The position numbers and the translations under genes are program-made. The notes beneath the pieces were generated by a model. It did no database searches, was not told where the DNA came from, and saw only the letters and a list, made by a program, of their open reading frames with translations. From Camelus dromedarius (taxonomy: Eukaryota): 64,000 nucleotides of DNA. The DNA lies in contig NC_087436.1 in NCBI RefSeq assembly GCF_036321535.1, positions 63,242,001 to 63,306,000 on the forward strand. The letters are read 5' to 3'. Within the stretch, counting starts at the first letter, position 1; the number at the start of each line of letters is the position of its first letter. Of the stretch, positions 1 to 12,454 are shown piece after piece.

Positions 1-885
1 TCAAGAATATAGTAGCCTTCATCCCATCAGTACTCATGAGTAAGATATACTGATACCAGAAATATAAATTACTATGCTCTTGTATGCATACTCAAATGAT
101 CCATACTTCCTCGAGCTGACAAGAATCTCTTAGACTACAAACGCTTGAAAGTGTTGAAATCTTTCTATGTAAGCTTAGTTTTCTAGGAGAGGAAAGCCCA
201 TTCCTCCTGTGATTCCATTTATCTCCTCAACCTGTGGAATCTGTATCCAGTCTCAGGGGATCCTCAGATACTTGACCAAGTGCCATTTCTGTCACAGTCA
301 CTTGATTGTTCCATGTAAAGTCATTCTATTTACTATGCATGGTTCTTCTATAACAATATAATTATGCTTTTAGAAAATTTATATTAGCACAAAATGGCTA
401 TCAGCAAAAGAGGATTAGAACATAGATGGTTTCTTAGTAACAAAATTAATTTTTCTACAAAATTTTTCTAAGGTTCTGTTAAAATGAATTCACAGTAGCT
501 AAAAGGTGAGTTAAAAGCAAGAAGCAATACAACTTAAATGTACCCATCATTTCAGAAAACTTACTTTTGCCTAAGAGAAATGGCCTTTAGTTTTCTTTCA
601 AAAGAAGAATTATTTTAAATTCAGAGCCTCTTACATATTTATATTTACCATTATGGTCTTTTTCAGTGACTGTCATCCTATCAACAAGTGAAATAGCTGG
701 AAACCTTTTCCTACATATTTAGCATCAATATACATTTATGATTATGTATAATGCAGAGTTGTTCCAAGAGGATTGCTAAAGCTAAATTCAATTACTCTCA
801 TAAAAATTGAGCAACAAGAGAATTTTATATGCTAACCAACAATGTGGTCTCTAGTGACATTAACCTGAGAAATGACACTACAGAT

Positions 886-1246
886 ATGTGGCGGACAAAC
901 CCTGCACAAACCACCGAGGATGTCTACTTCCTGGTGCTCTTGCTTTTGTGTGATTCTCTCTCTTCCTGGGTGTGATTGGGTTCTATGACTTGCTCCTAAC
1001 CCCTAGAATACGGCAATGGTGAGGGAATTTCTCTCCCATGACTAGCTTACATTTTACAGCAAAAGTAAAGAAATGTCACTTCTGGCATCATAGCATATGA
1101 ATCTCCATTTGTTGAGAGAGACACTAAAGTCACTCTTTCTGCTGGCCATGAAAAAGCAAGAAGCCATTTTGTCAACTGCCTGTGGAGAGGCCTTCAGGAC
1201 AAAGAACTGTGTGATAATTTGTTATGCAAATATAGAAAGCTAATAT
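886..1246 (+). mobile_element. MaLR (MLT1-type) solo LTR, degenerate
   Basis: Starts TGTGGCGGAC; contains MLT1-like 'tatgacttgctcctaacccctagaatacggca' and the terminal 'tgtgtgataatttgttatgcaaatatagaaagctaata'. Confidence 0.7.
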
Positions 1247-1267
1247 GTGATATTATTTTCCTTCATA

Positions 1268-1878
1268 CCGGTGTATTCAGGACAACTATAATGTAAGCAA
1301 TATTTGTTATTTATAAAACAGCAAAAAGAAAAAGGGAAAACTATTTTAGTAATATATTTTATTTAATATATTTATATGTTATTTATTATTTGTGTTTATA
1401 TAGTATATTTTAAAATATTATATAATTAATTTGAATAAATATTATGTGATATATATTTATAATTTTTGTATATTATATATTTATATTTCATTTGACCCAA
1501 TATAGTCAAACTATTATCATTTTAATATGCAATCAATATAAAGACTGTTTATAATACATGAAAATTATTTTCCACATCAGATCTTCAAAATCCAATGTTT
1601 ACTCACACATAGTGCTGAATTAACCAATTCAGACACTAGATTTTTGTTAGGAATATTTTATCTATTTAAATTTTACAAAATTTATAGTTGAAAAAATAAG
1701 TTCACATAACAAAGTTGTTCCAAATATATTTAAACATTTTACAGTATCTCTGTAAGTTTTTTAAGTTAATTATGATTATATAAAATTACAAATTCTGTTC
1801 TTCATACACCAGAAATAGTTTGAGAACTCAATAGCTACAAATGATTAGTGGCTACTGGCCACCATATTAAACAGCAAA
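1268..1878 (+). mobile_element. hAT-Charlie DNA transposon (MER33/Charlie1-like) with internal AT-rich expansion
   Basis: Matches recalled MER33 segments 'atttgacccaatatagtcaaactattatcattttaatatgcaatcaatataaa' and the 3' end 'ctcaatagctacaaatgattagtggctac...atattaaacagca'. Confidence 0.6.
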
Positions 1879-2409
1879 GGTTTAGACCATGGTTTAGACC
1901 ATGGAATTCATGGCCCTGTTTTCTCGGGCTTTTGTTGATATGTCACATCTAAATCAATTGCCTAAATGTAATGAAACATAAAGGGTACTTGTTTCCAGTG
2001 CACTTTACCAGAGCTCCACCCACTCACTCTGTTCTGATTCTGGTATTTGAATTAGGTAATTATGATGCAAGCGATCCACAAATCACACTCTGAGAAAGTA
2101 ATGCTGATGGAAGTTAATGGGGACAGGGATGAGGTAGTGGGAGTGGAGACTGGTTTGTTTTAATGCCTAGAGTTCCTCTGGGTATTGTATACCCAGACCC
2201 TTCTGGATAAAGATAGCATTTTGGTCCTAAGAACATATTCCTGGAAAATAAAAGAAAAATCAAAGAAACAAATCCCAAAATGGAGACCATTCCCATGTCT
2301 TATGCAGAAAAATAACATTGCCCTTTAAGTAGACTCATCCTTAATGGAAATATATTAGTAAAGAGGAACACTGAGTTCCAACTATTGTTTGGAGTGTGCT
2401 TTTTTATCT

Positions 2410-3400
2410 CTGTTCTCCCTTGCTTTTATCCCATTTCAATTACTTCCTATTTCATTTTCAAGTTCCCATTCCTCCACCTGACCCTTAAAAGTAAATGTAG
2501 AGCAGAGCTTCATCCTCAGCTTTAGGTTCTTCAAGGTTTCTATCCAAATCTTCAGCTATCTCATCTACCTCAAGACTTCTGCTATCATTTATACAATGAT
2601 GATTTTAACATTTTATTTATCTAGATCCGTATTTCTAAATTCTACCCTCATGTTATCATCACTTGACTGACTCACAGATATCTCAAACTCAGTGTCTCCA
2701 TTTTTACATTCAATTTTTCTTAATTGTTCCTTATTTTCTCTCTTTCTAAATGTACTATGATTCACACAGCTAAAGCCAGACATCAAGGATTCATCCTTAC
2801 AAGTTTCTACTGTATAGCACAGGGAACTATATTCAATATCATGTGGTAACCTATAATGAAAAAGAATATGAAAACAAATATATGTATGTGTATGTATGAC
2901 TGAAACATTATACTGTACACCAGAAATTCATGCAACATTGTAAACTGAAAATACTTCAATAAAAATTAAATTAAAGAAAGGATTCATCTTTGATTATTTT
3001 TCCTTCTCAGTTTCTCCTTTAGTTATCAAAGCCTAGCATTTTATTTGTTTACTATTTCTTTGACCCTTTTCTTCCTCTCCATTTCCACTGTTATTGCGTT
3101 GTCCATTGTATGACTACTTTATAAACTTTCATGTTAATTCATTGATTGATAATCCCACTTATTTTCTTGCCTTTAATTTCATCCTGCATGTGTCTGAATA
3201 ATCTATATAAAACACAGTGCTATCCCTCATTGTAGCTTCTTCAGAAAATGGCACCTCATACTTTTCAGGAAAACTTTAATTTCCCTGGTGTAAAACAAAA
3301 CCACTCATGATATAAAACTCACTTATATCTCTGGCTTGATTGTTCTGTGCCTTGTACAGTTCTTGCTTCATATTATGTCCTCAATAAATTCTGAAGGGGT
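2410..3400 (+). mobile_element. L2 LINE fragments, interrupted by a young L1 3' end
   Basis: Pyrimidine-rich L2-like motifs such as 'ctcacagatatctcaaactcagtgtctcca' and 'cacacagctaaagccagacatcaaggattcatc'. Confidence 0.55.
2799..2977 (+). mobile_element. 5'-truncated lineage-specific L1 (3' UTR end only) with 14-bp TSD
   Basis: 'tatagcacagggaactatattcaatatc...gaaaaagaatatgaaa...tgtacaccagaaatt...acttcaataaaa' followed by an A-rich tail; flanked by AAGGATTCATCCTT (2785-2798) and AAGGATTCATCTTT (2978-2991). Confidence 0.9.
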
Positions 3401-3704
3401 ATTTGGTTTCTTTTACAAGAATCAGAGAACATACATTTTCACTCTTTTTCATTTCACTTTTATTGATTTTTCAAGTACTCACTTAACATTAACCAGGAAA
3501 TTTACTTGAGAATGGCAAGTATCTGATTGTACTCCCTGTATGCGGTAATTTACAAATCTATAACATTATATAAATAAACTATTTATATACTATAAACTAT
3601 AAACTCATATAAACTATTATCTTAATATAAGCTTAAAAGAAAATGTCTTATTAGCAGATTTTAAAAAATTAATATTATGTTTTTATTATACACGCAGGCC
3701 CATG

Positions 3705-3870
3705 AAATAGTGAACAGAATAGTAGACTGGGAGTCAGAAAACTTCAGTTTTGGCTGTAATTTTGCCAATAGCTAGCTTTATAACTTTTTTCAGATAAACT
3801 AGCCTCTGTAAGTCTCAGCTTACAGCTTTCTTATCTGTGAAATAAGTTGGTTAAACTAAATAATCTTTAT
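3705..3870 (+). mobile_element. MIR SINE
   Basis: 'agactgggagtcagaaaac...ctagcctctgtaagtctcagc...ttcttatctgtgaaataag' resembles the MIR core. Confidence 0.65.
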
Positions 3871-5069
3871 TTCTCTTTCTACTTTATTATATTCAGGTCA
3901 GAAATGTTAAACAGAATAATGCCTTCTGCCTCAGAAGACTTTATCAATTACACTCTTAAATATAACCACTAGAATCCTTTATCAAGGGTTTTCCATATGT
4001 TAAACCTAAAACTATTTTATGTTCTTGATACAAGATAGAGACAAAATAAAATGCATATTTGAGCAGCAGATTGACAAATTATATTTGCTTATAGTGAATA
4101 AAACTGTAGAGTATTTACAAATAACATATGAGGAATTTAGCCCTCAGCTCTCATAACTCTTCCAGATAGCATCATTAAAAATCATTATCACCCACTCAGC
4201 CTTGTTATTGTTTTTTCCTAATAGGAAAATTTATGTATTTCATTAGCACTCTTTTATTTTATGGTGAATTTATTGGTCAAAATAATTGTCGTCCAGAGTC
4301 TGAATATCCTTAATGTTTTCTACAGCAGTAAATTTCAGTAAAATTTTCAAGAATTTTAAATAATAATAGTAGGAATGAAAAATGTAAAAATCCACATTAC
4401 AATTTTTTAAATGAAAATATCCTCTAGCTAATATATAAAAAGCATATTTCATTTGAAATAGTGAACTCCACAATAATTAGACCAGACTTCTCATTTTAAA
4501 AATATAATGGTAGTTTCCAACTTTGTCAACTTAGTAATTAAGTGTCTGATAATTGATAATGGCATTCCATATTATTCCTTATTACTCTTGATGGAAAAAT
4601 CACTGTAAGGTAATAAAAAGGGGAGTCCATAGGAAATAATGTGCTTCTAATGAGATAGAAAAAGATTTCAAAGATGTTACTAGAAGCAGTACTGACAAGG
4701 AATTTCCTATGTTGGATTCTTTTGTTGTATTAATTCAATCAATTAATGAAGTATTTCTTAATTGTTAGATTTACAATCTGAAATTTCATCAAGAGAAAAA
4801 AAATTCTAATGAGTACTCCTAGTCATTCAGCGAGAGAAATAAGAGGAATACTTACTATAAAAAAAACTAGGTAGAAAAAATACTATTAAAAAAATGCATG
4901 GCATAAATTTTACAGTCAACTCACTTCCCTGGGATTTTACCATTTGCTCTCAGAGTACCTTTTAAAATATTAGAGGACAATTTCTCAGGATAACAAAATA
5001 TATTTTACTCTTGTCCCCAGTGAAAACGCATATTACATAGTATTGATTTGCTGCCTGGAGAGTTTACGT

Positions 5070-5460
5070 TGTGAAATCTGAAACTGACCCATACACAGAG
5101 GGCAGGCAAAAAGAAACAGAGGAAAGAGGCAGACCCCTCCAGATTGGTAGGTGGAAGTTTAATGAGGAAGGAAACTTTCATAGGAAGCTTGTCTTGGGCA
5201 GCCTCAAGACAACTAGATCTCCGCACCTGCCGGATAAATCTTAAGAGTTTACTTAACTGAGTTCAGTCACACTTATAGTACAGATGGTTTCAATAACATA
5301 TTGCTTTTTCAAGGCTGCAACCTTGAAGTGGCTCCTAGGGCAGGAACAATGAGTGGAATATACATTCCAAGAACTGGGGATGTGGTGAAGAACCTCTTGT
5401 TGCCCAGGTCCAGCTCACAGGTTAACTGCTGGTCGTGTTCTTATGATGACCTTCAGAACT
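5070..5460 (-). mobile_element. 3' LTR of the ERV-L element
   Basis: Homologous to 7900-8210; directly preceded on the - strand by the PPT at about 5460-5470. Confidence 0.75.
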
Positions 5461-6099
5461 TCACCCCTCATGGCTGGTTCTTACAATCTTATATGTCCCC
5501 TTCTTCGAAAATGTGCCCTGAGAATTCAGCAAGGGGTTTCATTATGATTGAGGTGGTTCATTTGTCAGCTGTCTGGCTACACTTGTGGCCTGATCCTTAG
5601 GTGTTAATGGGACTGCAGTTTTAGAAATTTGACCTGGTTTGGGCACTGTACATGTTAGCCACTGGGGGAGGCTCACTGATAGGCTTGAGGAGACAGACTA
5701 GGAGTAAAATATGCCAGACCAGGACTCCCACATCCTCCCTGCTTTCAATGGCACAGGTTCCATTCCAGGTAGAGTGCATTTCAAGAGGCCCAGCTTGCAG
5801 CAGTGGAGACTGAGTAGTTCTCCCTTACCCAAGGGTACAAAGTAACTCATTCTGGTGGGACATCTCATTGCAAATTCCAGTAGATGCCTATCCAAGGCAT
5901 GATGGGCTTGGTGTTCTCAGCAAAATAGCACTTTGATCCACAGTGAGATTCAGGACAAAGACTATCTCTCCTGACTTCTATACCTTTAGAGTGTTGATTG
6001 TCTCAGCAGGAGTTCCCAATCTGGTATATGGGGCATCAAGCCCTACTGGTTGATCATTAAAGTATTTAAATGTATTAAAGCCTGGGATAGTGTATTAGT

Positions 6100-7460
6100 C
6101 CACCCAGCCAAGGTGATTTTACTTGTTGGTAATTTAATCTGCTGGTTTAACATTCCATTTTTCCTTCTACCAACACTGCTGCTTACAGATTACAACCTAT
6201 ATAATTCTATAGGAAAGCTGGAACCTCCATTCAATGTCATGTTCAATCACTCAGTCTTGCATAGCATTACATTTGAAATGTGACCCACTGTCTATTCAAC
6301 AAGGGTATCTGTACGTGACCTTCAGCTTCTTCAATCCCCTAATGGTGGCAGCCTATTTTGTGTGGCAATAAGGAAAAGCTTGGGTTATGCCAGAAATGAT
6401 GCCCAAGCGTCCACACAAAATGAGACATTCTTAGAATACTCACTTGCAAGGAAGGAGCCGATATAATCAATTTGCCTATCCCTCAACAGTTGGGAACTCC
6501 AGTGGATGGCACCGGACTCTTTTGGCAGTGTCTCGGGTGTTATGTAAAACACATGGGACACGCTGTTACTGCATTAACTAAGTCACTGTATTTCAGGGGC
6601 AATACAGCATCCTTGGCAATATCCCATCTCACCAAGAACTACAGTAGCTGTTCTTCCTATGCATCCAACCTGCTGTGTCTTCTAAAGGGTTAGTTGCTAG
6701 AGCTTGTATATGGGCTAGAATGTCAGCTTCCTGATTGCAAGGGAGAGTCAGAGCCTTAAAAGCTGAGACATGGTAAACAGTGAGGATTACTGAGGCTTTT
6801 AGAGATGAACCCAAATGCCTTTTCACATATACTGACCCCACAAGGGCCCACTTTATGATCATCTACGCTCACCTTAGAATCACCCAACTGTCCATGTAAA
6901 AGGTTAATGGCCAGAGCTCATGAGTGATGGATGACCAGTCAAACCATTGAGTTCAGCCACTACCTACTGTGGTTCATTCCTATCTCCACCCAGATGGTAT
7001 CAATGTTGGGCTGAATAGTAATGGCCATCCACTTGAGTGGTTTCCCTGACCAGACCCATCTGTGTACCAGGCACTAGTGAGAATTTCCCCCATTCCCTCT
7101 CCACAGGCTGTGGGGGTCACCATAGGAATATGAGTGGGGGCATTTATAGGATCTCTGTTTTCTGCAGGGTCTAGCCGAGCCTGCATTCTAGAGACAGCAG
7201 GCTGCAGGACAGGGTGCTCCCCTGCTGCAAATAGGCTGCCATTTAGTCAAAGTGGGAGTGTGAGCCGTGGCAGAGGTGGGTGGAACATACTCTCAATTTA
7301 ACCTTCGACAGGAAGGAAGGTTCTTATTATGACACGCCATTACTTTGTGAGAGGATCTACCTGTAGGAGTACTGCATACATTGCTAGGAGCTGCTGCTCT
7401 GTGGAGATATATTGGGTTTTAGCAGTTTTTCAGAGTTGGGATCATACCAGTTCCCAAAAC
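6100..7460 (-). pseudogene. pol: Decayed ERV-L pol: RT connection domain, RNase H and integrase core
   Basis: Minus-strand translations: ...EQQLLAMYAVLLQVDPLT (connection domain, about 7345-7410); AWYTDGS (RNase H, about 7050-7075); YHVSA...NQEAD (RNase H C-terminus, about 6720-6780); RQIDYIGS (integrase first D, about 6455-6478); DSGSHF (second D, about 6275-6292); frameshifted VE.KNGML (E motif, about 6150-6175). Many stops and frameshifts. Confidence 0.85.
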
Positions 7461-7519
7461 TTGACAGCAGTGCCTGAGCCTTGAATCTCTGACAGCTTGT
7501 GCACCACACCCACCCCCCT

Positions 7520-7760
7520 GCTTTGCAAAATGGTACGCGATGGTCTCCAACTTAATTATCCTGCTCCCCAACCTTGTCTGCCAGTCCTGAAGCTAGTACA
7601 GTAGTAGACAACTGCATGTCCTTCTCTAACCTAAGTTCTTCTTCCCACATCCTAACTGGAGCTTCAGCCTCTGTTTGGGCATTGGTGGCCAGCAGAATTG
7701 CCCACAGTAGAGGCCAGGCTGCTGCACAGCCATTCATTTCCCTTCTTTGCTGCAGTGTGC
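7520..7760 (-). pseudogene. gag: ERV-L gag N-terminal remnant
   Basis: ORF 7552-7737 'AWPLLWAILLA...EEELRLEKD' resembles the ERV-L gag N-terminal W-PLL/coiled-coil region and sits immediately inside the 5' LTR. Confidence 0.5.
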
Positions 7761-7899
7761 TATGTGCAGTTTCTCAAACAAATGCATTAAACCAAACAGT
7801 GTTTGACCCTGTACTCTTGTGGTGGTCTACAAGCATCTAACCTATGGGCCACCCCTCCACACTTACAGGTCAGCGGCCTACCTGGGATTTCCTTCTTGG

Positions 7900-8210
7900 A
7901 TGCAGTTTTAATAAGCAAGAGAACTTCCACGTGAGGCTTATCTTTGTAACTGCAAGATCAGTAGACTTCTGTGCCCACCCTCCAGAATCTTGAGTTTATG
8001 TAGAAGTCTTAATGGGATTCAATCATGTGTACTGTCCTGATAATCTCAATAACACAGTACTCTCTCAAGGCTGCATCCTTAAAGAGGCTCTTGGTGTGGG
8101 AACAGTGGGTGGAACATGCATTCCAAGGACAGGGGAGAGCATAAGTTACCTCCAATTGCCCAGGACTGACTTAACTGGTCATCACATCCTCTTGATGACT
8201 TTCTCCAACG
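7900..8210 (-). mobile_element. 5' LTR (partial) of the ERV-L element
   Basis: Aligns by eye with 5150-5460 and ends 'gatgactttctccaacg' versus 'gatgaccttcagaac'. Confidence 0.75.
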
Positions 8211-9699
8211 CATAGGTGATAAAAATGAGGTCTAATGTGTGATTGTGTTTAATGATTATCTGGTCCTACTTTCTCAGATTTCATCTTGCTTAATTCCTCA
8301 TTTGAGTCGTGAATTTTTCCTACTTGCGACATAAACAGCAAATTTCACTGCTGTGAAATCTGACTAATTCTTCTCTATATCAATATCTTATAGGAAATAT
8401 GGTGTGGGGAACATTAAGGGGCTTTGAAATCAGAAGAACTATACTTTAAAATCTACAGGCTCAAAAGTTGAAGAGTAATTTTGAAATTCATTGACTGTAA
8501 ATTTCTGAAGCATTGGTCAGAATACTGTAATATTGTCAACAGAGAGCTCTCTTTTGATTTATAGTGAATCTATCTCCTTTCCTAAAAAAATCAGTGGAGA
8601 ATGGTGATTTTTTCCCCTTCGTGTAGTTCTGCCATTCTCATTAGTCCTTTAGATATTAGAAGAAAAGAATTACATAAAATCAGAAAATATGCTAGACTTT
8701 CTAAACCAGTTAGGAGAGAAACAGATAAATGAAAAAGGAAATTTTTTCATAGTTATTCATTTGTTTCTCCATCACAATGAGTATTGGAAGATAAAAGATT
8801 ATATGTGTAATGTTTTTTTGTTCCATGATAAGGTATTTCTTCCAATTTGAACAGAGGAAATTTTTGGCACAGTATATGCTATAGTTGTTTATAACATTTT
8901 TAAACATGGGAGGAAGAGTCTTTAATTATTGTAGTGAGATTTTTGAGGAAATGAGAGATAAACAATCCAGAGAGCAAAATAGGAGACAATTGGCCTTATA
9001 GATTTACTTACATACCATGAAAGAAAGGAAAAGACAAACACCTGAATGACCACACAGGTTAAGTGAAGCTGTAGTAATTTAAGTGAATTATTTTGAACAT
9101 CTATTATTTTTTTAAGGAGGAAGAAAGTCATCATTTTGGAAAGTGGAGAGATAGTTTAGAAAGAAAATGCTTTAGGATAGCAGAGAATTTAGGTAATCAG
9201 ACAAAGGTAGGTGATGGCCTTCACCTACAAAGAACAAAGGTAGATTATTTAAGAGTACTCTCATACAGAAGAATTCTAAATTGTAAAATAACACCACACA
9301 TTTTGACTAAGGCTAGTTTTCTTGGTGCCCAAATTCATCTTTACTCCTTTCCATAGTCTATAATGAAATATAAGCTTATCCTAACTGGATATTTCATGGA
9401 TATGTCCATATAACTAGAGCAGATAGCCCTGGGAATTTAGTCTTCCTTTTCCTCAGTGGTTGCTGTTCTTCATTGCTGACCTAACTTTCTTTGAAGTAAC
9501 TGGTCCAAAGCTTAAGAAGTTGCACATGAGTTAATATTTCTTATAAAAATGATGTTCTTTATGTTTTTATATAAGAAGGATATAAGTAGAAAAATAAATA
9601 AATTAACAAATAATAAGACACATACATTACAGGGAAGGAGGAAGTATTTACTTAAGTTGGATCAGCAGGGGAAATAAAATAAAGTGAGTATGTGAGTAT

Positions 9700-10795
9700 G
9701 TTAATTCCTTCCCTTTTCCCTTTCTACCATAGAGATGGCTACTGAAATTATTCCACATTCCTGAGAAAATTTTGGAAATTGGTGAAATTTTTGGAAATTA
9801 ATTTATTTTCTACTTCAATAAATTAGAAGTGAGAGAAATTGAGAGATCTGAGAAAAAAAAATTTTGTGAGTGGTGTATTCACTATTTTCTAACTGCCTTT
9901 TTTCAACAAAAAGATAAATAGTTTCCAGTTCAGATGATTGCTTGAAGTGGTACTAAAATCAAAAGAAGTTATGCCTGTGGCAATTTGTCAAAACTTTCAA
10001 CAGGCAAATTTTGGTTGCAGATGGTTGCAGATGCAACTATGGTTGCAGATGATGGGAAATAATGGAGAGGAAAATACATTAGTAAACTTAAGGAAATTCT
10101 GAGAACTGAAGACTATCAAAAAGAACAACATATGACATAAATGCTAACATATTACTTGGCTTAATTTCTTTATTTCATATTTCTAAAAATTTTAATAATT
10201 TTCCAATTTATCTTCCTATCCCCATTCTACATCATTCTAATTTCATGTCAATTTAACCACTAATAGACTTTTTAATTTGTTTTCAAATCTAACAAGTTTG
10301 TTAGAGATGTTAAGGATATTATTCAATTGATAGTTTTCCACGTCATCTTCAGTAAAGTTTGATAGTTAGCTCTACTAATAGAAAACTCCATTTTCATACC
10401 TAAATGTTGTGAATAAGGACTGATGACACTTGCTTCATTCCTCATTAACATATTTTTAAATGCTTAATTTGTATTTTGAAAAGATGAAAATGTTTTTGGA
10501 GGTGGGGTGGGGAAAGAACATAGAGCTCTTTTTGCAAGTCAACAATATGAACACTTTGCAAATTTCTAAGTTACATAAGCATAATAATCAGAAATAAATC
10601 AAGGGAGATAGTATTGCCATTGGTCAAAGCCCTCATAAGATCAGCTTTGAAATAGCTCCAGTTTTAGACTTTAACCCTAATGAAGAACAGTGACTCAAAT
10701 TCTTAAGAGAGTATAGAGGAGAGCTATAAGGTTTATTTGGGGATTAGGAGGACTGATTTTTGAGAAAAGGTTTCAAGAAATAAACTTGTTTCAAG
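9700..10795 (+). mobile_element. Ancient CR1/L3 LINE remnant (RT and 3' region)
   Basis: 10530-10790 'aagtcaacaatatgaac...aaatcaagggagatagtattgccattggtcaaagccctcataaga...ccagttttagac...gagagctataagg...tttgagaaaaggtttcaagaaataaacttgttt' follows the order of the L3 3' region. Upstream 'ttcagtaaagtttgata' resembles the FSKAFD motif. Very degraded. Confidence 0.5.
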
Positions 10796-11229
10796 GAAAA
10801 AAATGATAACTATAGATAACCATGAACACAGAGTGAAAGAAAATTTACTTAGAAATATGTAATTGAGGAATAAATGTTCTGATTCAAGTTCAGTACAAAT
10901 ATATCTGAGGAAAATAAAAATGAAAAAAATTCTCTCAAGCTTCTAATATATAAATTTCTAAAATTATTAATTTTTCAAAAGAGCCAACATTTTTTACTTG
11001 TGAGAATTACATAAACCAAAATACTTTTATTTCATAATAATATTAAATGGCAAGATTATACAAAATGATATTGAGTATAAAATAAATATCATATATAGAT
11101 ATGTATGTTCAATTTTTGATATTTGAAGTTTTTTTACAATATTTGATAAAATTCAGCATTATAATGAATCAATAAGTAACATTAACATGTGGATAAAGGA
11201 AATAAAGCAACAAGAAGTACAAATAAAAG

Positions 11230-12255
11230 TGTTAAAGAGAAAACCCCAGGCCCCAAATGGCCTCACTTGTGCCACTGGTGGCCATGATACCAAACCGAGA
11301 CTTAATCCCTGACTTAATTGCAGTTTCTACTTTCCTCAGAAATATAATCTTAATCAGCCAGTCTGGACTTTTCTGGTCAGTACTAATGAAGTAATCTGTC
11401 ACTCAGGCCCTCTCCATTGCTTAGAGGAAGAAAAGCCAATCTGCATGATAAAACCATGCCATTCCCTTCTCTTCAAAAAACATTTCCTGGCCTAAAAATA
11501 ATCCTTTCTTTTCTTTCACTAACAGTTGAGGAGAAAAAATAAAATGGCTGCACTTAGGCTAACAGATTGCTTTTTCTTAAGCTTGTTCTTAAAACAGTCA
11601 ACAAACCTGACTGGCCAGTTACTACTCACAGCTCCAGGCCCATTGTTAAAACTAAAGCTATTAATCTTACTATTTCTAGTTTATTCCCATTATCAAAAGT
11701 TATAATCATGCTTGGTCTCTGAGTTGATCTCTAGGGAGAAGGTGACAGGACTGTAACCTTACAAAATAGCCTGAATTACCAAGAAGGCCATGCCTTGGGC
11801 GCTTAAAGATAAAGAGATCGAAAGAGCAACAACCACTAGCCTCTATAGACTTGGTCACCTGGAAACACCAAGATGCCACTCAAGTCTTATGAGAAGAAAA
11901 TAATTCTTGATTGTTGATTGTTATCGATGCTTTATTGTTTAAGATATGGCTATACAGTCACCCTGCCCCATCCCCAAGATGGATTCACAGTTTTGAAGGC
12001 ATTAGCCTGCTGTGACTCCCCTTTGCCCGGCAAAGCAATAAAGCTGCCTCTTTTCATCTAAGCTCCAAGACCCTGTCTCTGAGTTATTTGGCTCCTCAGG
12101 GACAGGCTGATCTTTTGGCAAAAATAGCACTTTTGCCTCACCTTCCCCCTTGGAACACCCTTCCAGCCCCTAGATGGGATGCTGCCAGCTTCATGAATAG
12201 TCGAATAAAACCAATTAGATCTTCAAATTTGTTGGTTGAATTTTGCTTTTTAACA
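11230..12255 (+). mobile_element. ERV1-type solo LTR, split by a nested LTR
   Basis: Begins TGTTAAAGAG and ends TTTTTAACA (short terminal inverted repeat), with polyA signal 'gaataaaaccaattagatc' near 12203. Confidence 0.75.
11526..12123 (+). mobile_element. Nested ERV1-type solo LTR
   Basis: Has its own polyA-signal/R-U5 block 'ccctttgcccggcaaagcaataaagctg...ctgtctctgagttatttggctcctcagggacaggctgatcttttggca'; interrupts the previous LTR. Confidence 0.7.
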
Positions 12256-12454
12256 TAAGATTAAGATATTTAAAAGTTAAACAATGTAAGTTTTCTAGAA
12301 ACAAGACTGATACCAAACAAATCCTGCATAGTAAAACACTGTAGGGAAGGAAAAAATAATTTTTCTCTACACTTTTAGATTCTTGATCTAGACCTCCCTG
12401 TAATAAAGACAGATTAATAGGAGAAAAACAAACAGAAGTTTAATAATATGTATA

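Larger units (their letters stand above)
5070..8210 (-). mobile_element. Internally deleted ERV-L-class provirus (MER76-like LTRs) with gag, RNase H and integrase remnants
   Basis: Two homologous LTRs (about 5070-5460 and 7900-8210; e.g. 'tcaaggctgcaaccttgaagtggctc...cattccaagaactgggga' vs 'tcaaggctgcatccttaaagaggctc...cattccaaggacagggga'). An ERV-L-type polypurine tract (GAGGGGTGAA on - strand) abuts the 3' LTR. Pol motifs lie on the - strand. Confidence 0.85.

Noticed and set aside
1879..1904. 12-bp tandem duplication GGTTTAGACCAT x2 (also 13-bp duplication at 52021-52046 and TAAACTAT repeats at about 3575-3617)
   Set aside because: Ordinary slippage duplications; no array or spacer structure.
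8710..9134. Two hydrophobic - strand ORFs resembling a membrane protein
   Set aside because: Hydrophobicity follows from the T-rich antisense of A-rich DNA; no family motif and no splice structure.
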